58,388 bases of DNA, taken from Steroidobacteraceae bacterium (GTDB lineage Bacteria; Pseudomonadota; Gammaproteobacteria; Steroidobacterales; Steroidobacteraceae). The stretch spans positions 1 through 58,388 of the forward strand of contig DASYGA010000362.1 of NCBI GenBank assembly GCA_036000265.1, written 5' to 3'. Under the pieces are notes generated by a model. It searched no databases. It was not told the origin of the DNA and was given only the letters and a program-made list of their open reading frames with translations. The number at the start of each line of letters is the position of its first letter. Positions within the stretch are counted from its first letter, which is position 1. Position numbers and translations under genes: made by a program. Shown here in pieces: positions 55,242-58,388 of the stretch.

Positions 55242-55413
55242 GTGGACAGATCATCCGCGTTCGGGCTGCGGCCGCAACCGCCGCCGCCTCAACTCCGGGC
55301 GGCCTTCGGCGGATGTAACCCGATTTTGTGATGCGGTTCCGCAGGCCAGAACGTGAGCACGCATTGCTCCCCGCGAAGCCTCGGCCGTGAGCCTGCTTCG
55401 CTTCCGCTCGCCG

Positions 55414-55827
55414 TCAAGTCTTGAGCTCGACCGTCCAGCTGACGTCCGCATCGGCGACCACAGAGGAGCGAACGCTGCAGTACTTGGTGACCGACAGCTC
55501 CACGGCCCGGTTTGCCTTCTCGATCGTCGTGCCTGGCGCGGCAATGCTGAAGTGCAAAATGGCCGAGGCCAGCCGTCGTGGGATCGACTCGACCCGGCTC
55601 GCCTCAATGCGGACCTGAAGGACCCGTGCGGGCGTGCGTTGCTTTTCCAGGATGGTCACGACGTCCACCGAGGCGCAGGTCGCAATGGCTGCCAGCAGCG
55701 CATCGAACGGGCTTGGCGCGGTTTGCGCATTGCCATCGATGCGCATCCTGGGTCCGTCCGGCCGACCAGCCTCGAACTCGAGACCGCCGACCCATTGGAC
55801 CTCGAGCGGCGGGTGATTGATGGTCAT
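55414..55827 (-). CDS. OsmC/Ohr-family peroxiredoxin-like protein
   Basis: PFDALLAAIATCASVDVV and ELSVTKYCSV, the two conserved Cys regions. Starts 6 nt after the upstream GGDEF-EAL stop. Confidence 0.9.
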   Translation of the reverse strand: MTINHPPLEVQWVGGLEFEAGRPDGPRMRIDGNAQTAPSPFDALLAAIATCASVDVVTILEKQRTPARVLQVRIEASRVESIPRRLASAILHFSIAAPGTTIEKANRAVELSVTKYCSVRSSVVADADVSWTVELKT

Positions 55828-55833
55828 GGCATT

Positions 55834-58356
55834 TTAACTACCCTGCAGCGCTTTGAAACGGCCGGTCGCCGAAAGCTGCTCGTTGCGAGTCTGCGCGTTC
55901 CACACGGTCCTGCGGCGGACCGCGAAGGGACTCGTCGCGAGCTCTGCCAAAGAGCGCGCCGGGGCGAAGAGGAATCCCTGCCCGGCGACGCAGCCCAATG
56001 ACAGCAGGGCCGCGACCTGCGGCTCGAGCTCGATGCCTTCGGCAACCGTATCGAGCCCCAGCGTTTCTCCGAGCGTGATCACCGCACGCGCCAGGTCCGG
56101 GCCGTCGCCGGCGCTGGTCAGGCCATTGACGAACGATCGATCGATTTTCAGTATGTCGATGGGGAAGCGGTGCAGATAGGACAAGGATGAGTAGCCGGTG
56201 CCGAAGTCATCGATCGCCACCTTCACCCCGAGCGCCTTGAGGCGGTGAAAGCGCTCGAGGTTGACCTCGGTGTTGTACATCATGGTGCTCTCGGTCAGCT
56301 CGATGACGAGATTGGAGGATTCGAATCCCGACTCCTGGAGCGCCGCGAGCACATCCGGCACCAGCTCGCCATGCTGCAGGTGACGGGCGGAGATGTTGAC
56401 CGAGAGCCGTAATCCCGAGCCGCCGGCGATCGAGCCGCGCCAGGCGCAGACGTCGCGGCACGCCTGTTTCAACACCCAGCGTCCCAGCGCCGCGATCTGG
56501 CCGCACTCCTCGAGCACGTGGATGAAGCTGGCGGGCATCAGCACGCCGGCCTCGGGATGACGCCAGCGAACCAGCGCCTCGACGCCGAGAAGGACGCGGG
56601 TGCCGAGATCCACGATCGGCTGGTACTCGAGGAAGAACTCCTCCCGGGCAAGCGCGCGGCCGATGTCCGCCTCCAGCCGCAAGCGCTCGTGCAGCATCTT
56701 TTGCATCTGCGGCTGGAAGGTCACATGGCGGTTCTTCCCGGCCGCCTTGGCGTGGTACATCGCCAGGTCGGCGTTGCTCAGCAGCTCCTGCGCCGTGGCA
56801 TCGGCCGCGGAGAACGCCACGCCGATGCTGGCAGTCACGCTGACGTCGCGGCCATCCAGCGAAAAGGGCGCGCCGAGAGACTCGATCAGCGCATCGGCGA
56901 CTCGCTCCGCCGCCACAGACGTACCGACGCTCTCGAGCAGCACTCCGAACTCGTCGCCGCCGAGCCGTGCCACCGTGTCGGAGGATCGGCTCGTCTGGAT
57001 GATGCGCTGGGCGACGGCCTGCAGCAGCCGGTCGCCCGCGTCGTGCCCGAGAGAATCGTTGATGTTCTTGAAGTTGTCGAGGTCGAGAAACATCACCGCT
57101 GCGCGGTTGCCGCCGCGCTGCGCACGGGTGAGCGCGTGCTGGACGCGGTCGCGGAACAGGTTGCGGTTCGCGAGCAGTGTCAATGGATCGTGAAAGGCGA
57201 GCTGGCGCAGCTTTTCCTCGAGTACCTTGCGTTCGCTGATGTCGCGGAAGTTGAGCGCCAGCCCGCGCACGGCGGGATCGCGGCTGAGGTTGCTGCCCAC
57301 CCCCTCGATCACCCGGGCGGAGCGCTCGATCCGCAGCTCGACGGGGCCGACGACCCCGGCGGAGGTGCGGGAGATCTCCTCGAGAAAGGCCCGCAAACGC
57401 TCGCCATCTTCACCGCCCCACAGCTCGGGGAGGCTCTTGCCGGTGATCTCCTCGGGCTTCAGGCCCAGCGTGCGCGTCGTGGCGGGTGAGGCGAAGCGCA
57501 CCATGCCATCGGTGCCGATGATCATGATGACATCCGACGCGTTCGCCACCAGCGATGCGTAGTGTTCCTCCGCGATGCGGAGCACCACGGCCTGGCGGAA
57601 CATCAGCAGCAGCGTGAGCAGGAACACAACGCCGATCATCAATGTTGCCTGGCCGCCGAGCCCGCCGCGACAAAGATAGATGAGCACCAGAAACGCCGCC
57701 GCCATGGCGGCGTAAGGCAGCGACCTTGCCAGTGCTCCCGAGGTGCGTGAGGTCCCGCGCGCGGCCAGCGTAACCGCGCGCATCTGCGCCCGTCCGGCAG
57801 CCGCCAGCGGCAGATAACAGGCGAGGTAGAGGACGTCCTGAACGCCGCCGGGCACGTAGTAACCGCGTACCTTTCCGAGCGACCAGATGATGTCGGCAAG
57901 AAACATGGTGCCGAATCCGGTGAGCAGCAACAGTGGGACACGCCACCCGCCCGCATTGGCGGAGCCGGTCAGCAGCAGCACACCGAAGAGCAGCAGACAG
58001 AAGCTGTCGAGTGCCAGGTAGCCTTCGCTCAGAGCCTCCTTGAGGATTCCGAGCTGCGCATGCATCGCCGCCGGCTCGACGACCAGGTACCAGAAGAACG
58101 CGCCAAAACCGACGACGAAAATGGTCGTGTCCAGGGACACCTGAGCCCAGGGCACGCGCATCGCGGCGGCCCGGATCAGCCAGAGCGCCGCGGCCGCGAG
58201 CGGCAGATAGAACGCGCAGTAGAGAAAATCCGACGGACCCGGAAATGGATCGACCCTGAGCACCCAGGAGATGAAACCAATCAAGTCGCCGACGAAATAG
58301 AGCGAGAGCGCGGCTGTCAGGCACCACCATGCCGACCGGAGGGGACCGGGGACCAT
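55834..58356 (-). CDS. polytopic-membrane PAS-GGDEF-EAL protein
   Basis: About 7-8 N-terminal TM helices and a PAS-like segment (DVIMIIGTDGMVRFASPA). RSSD I-site 5 aa before RLGGDEFGVLL. EAL (GVEALVRW) and DDFGTGYSSLSYLH. Confidence 0.88.
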   Translation of the reverse strand: MVPGPLRSAWWCLTAALSLYFVGDLIGFISWVLRVDPFPGPSDFLYCAFYLPLAAAALWLIRAAAMRVPWAQVSLDTTIFVVGFGAFFWYLVVEPAAMHAQLGILKEALSEGYLALDSFCLLLFGVLLLTGSANAGGWRVPLLLLTGFGTMFLADIIWSLGKVRGYYVPGGVQDVLYLACYLPLAAAGRAQMRAVTLAARGTSRTSGALARSLPYAAMAAAFLVLIYLCRGGLGGQATLMIGVVFLLTLLLMFRQAVVLRIAEEHYASLVANASDVIMIIGTDGMVRFASPATTRTLGLKPEEITGKSLPELWGGEDGERLRAFLEEISRTSAGVVGPVELRIERSARVIEGVGSNLSRDPAVRGLALNFRDISERKVLEEKLRQLAFHDPLTLLANRNLFRDRVQHALTRAQRGGNRAAVMFLDLDNFKNINDSLGHDAGDRLLQAVAQRIIQTSRSSDTVARLGGDEFGVLLESVGTSVAAERVADALIESLGAPFSLDGRDVSVTASIGVAFSAADATAQELLSNADLAMYHAKAAGKNRHVTFQPQMQKMLHERLRLEADIGRALAREEFFLEYQPIVDLGTRVLLGVEALVRWRHPEAGVLMPASFIHVLEECGQIAALGRWVLKQACRDVCAWRGSIAGGSGLRLSVNISARHLQHGELVPDVLAALQESGFESSNLVIELTESTMMYNTEVNLERFHRLKALGVKVAIDDFGTGYSSLSYLHRFPIDILKIDRSFVNGLTSAGDGPDLARAVITLGETLGLDTVAEGIELEPQVAALLSLGCVAGQGFLFAPARSLAELATSPFAVRRRTVWNAQTRNEQLSATGRFKALQGS

Positions 58357-58388
58357 ACGCCGCGCGGCGGCGGCCGCAACCGCGATGA

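Overview
GC-rich proteobacterial chromosomal segment (roughly two-thirds G+C by eye, not computed; the Hfq type suggests a gamma/beta-like lineage). It is densely coding, with about 55 CDS, many joined by 4-nt ATGA/GTGA/TTGA start-stop overlaps. I recognised no rRNA, tRNA, CRISPR array, integrase or transposase. All calls rest on reading the ORF translations and the DNA by eye; no BLAST or HMM searches were run, and most start codons are inferred.

Layout:
- 0.2-3.3 kb: hfq-hflX-purA, with hflK/hflC absent.
- 3.3-19.9 kb: a near-complete hopanoid locus.
  - Minus-strand unit: hpnI-hpnJ-hpnK-hpnL plus an uncharacterised diiron ferritin-like gene.
  - Divergent plus-strand unit: idi-hpnH-ispA-sqs-shc-hpnG-hpnA.
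  - An embedded Omp85-type outer-membrane barrel.
  - hpnB followed by an Sfp-type PPTase.
- 19.8-29.4 kb: M28 peptidase, a ~1100-aa GH94-like glycoside phosphorylase, ilvE coupled to an ornithine-cyclodeaminase-family gene, pirin, and a Tat-exported TIM-barrel isomerase.
- 29.5-33.0 kb: secreted unknown protein, then ECF sigma / anti-sigma / DUF4097.
- 33-41.8 kb: small stress and detoxification genes (periplasmic methyltransferase, BON, two VOC proteins, DoxX, ATL, sulfotransferase, ArsR-AHSA1), BlaI/BlaR1-like genes and a TonB-dependent receptor.
- 41.9-48.3 kb: form-II-type coxS-L-M-D-E-G cluster.
- 48.5-58.4 kb: phosphatase lipoprotein, AKR, LysR-PAP2, a second DUF4097 protein, and two GGDEF-EAL proteins flanking osmC.

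Best novelty leads:
1. The diiron protein translationally coupled to hpnL.
2. The apparently POTRA-less Omp85 barrel inside the hopanoid locus.
3. A shared promoter-like motif (AAC-N2-TCCGGG-N11-TCTA) linking the ECF sigma operon to the distant DUF4097 paralog.
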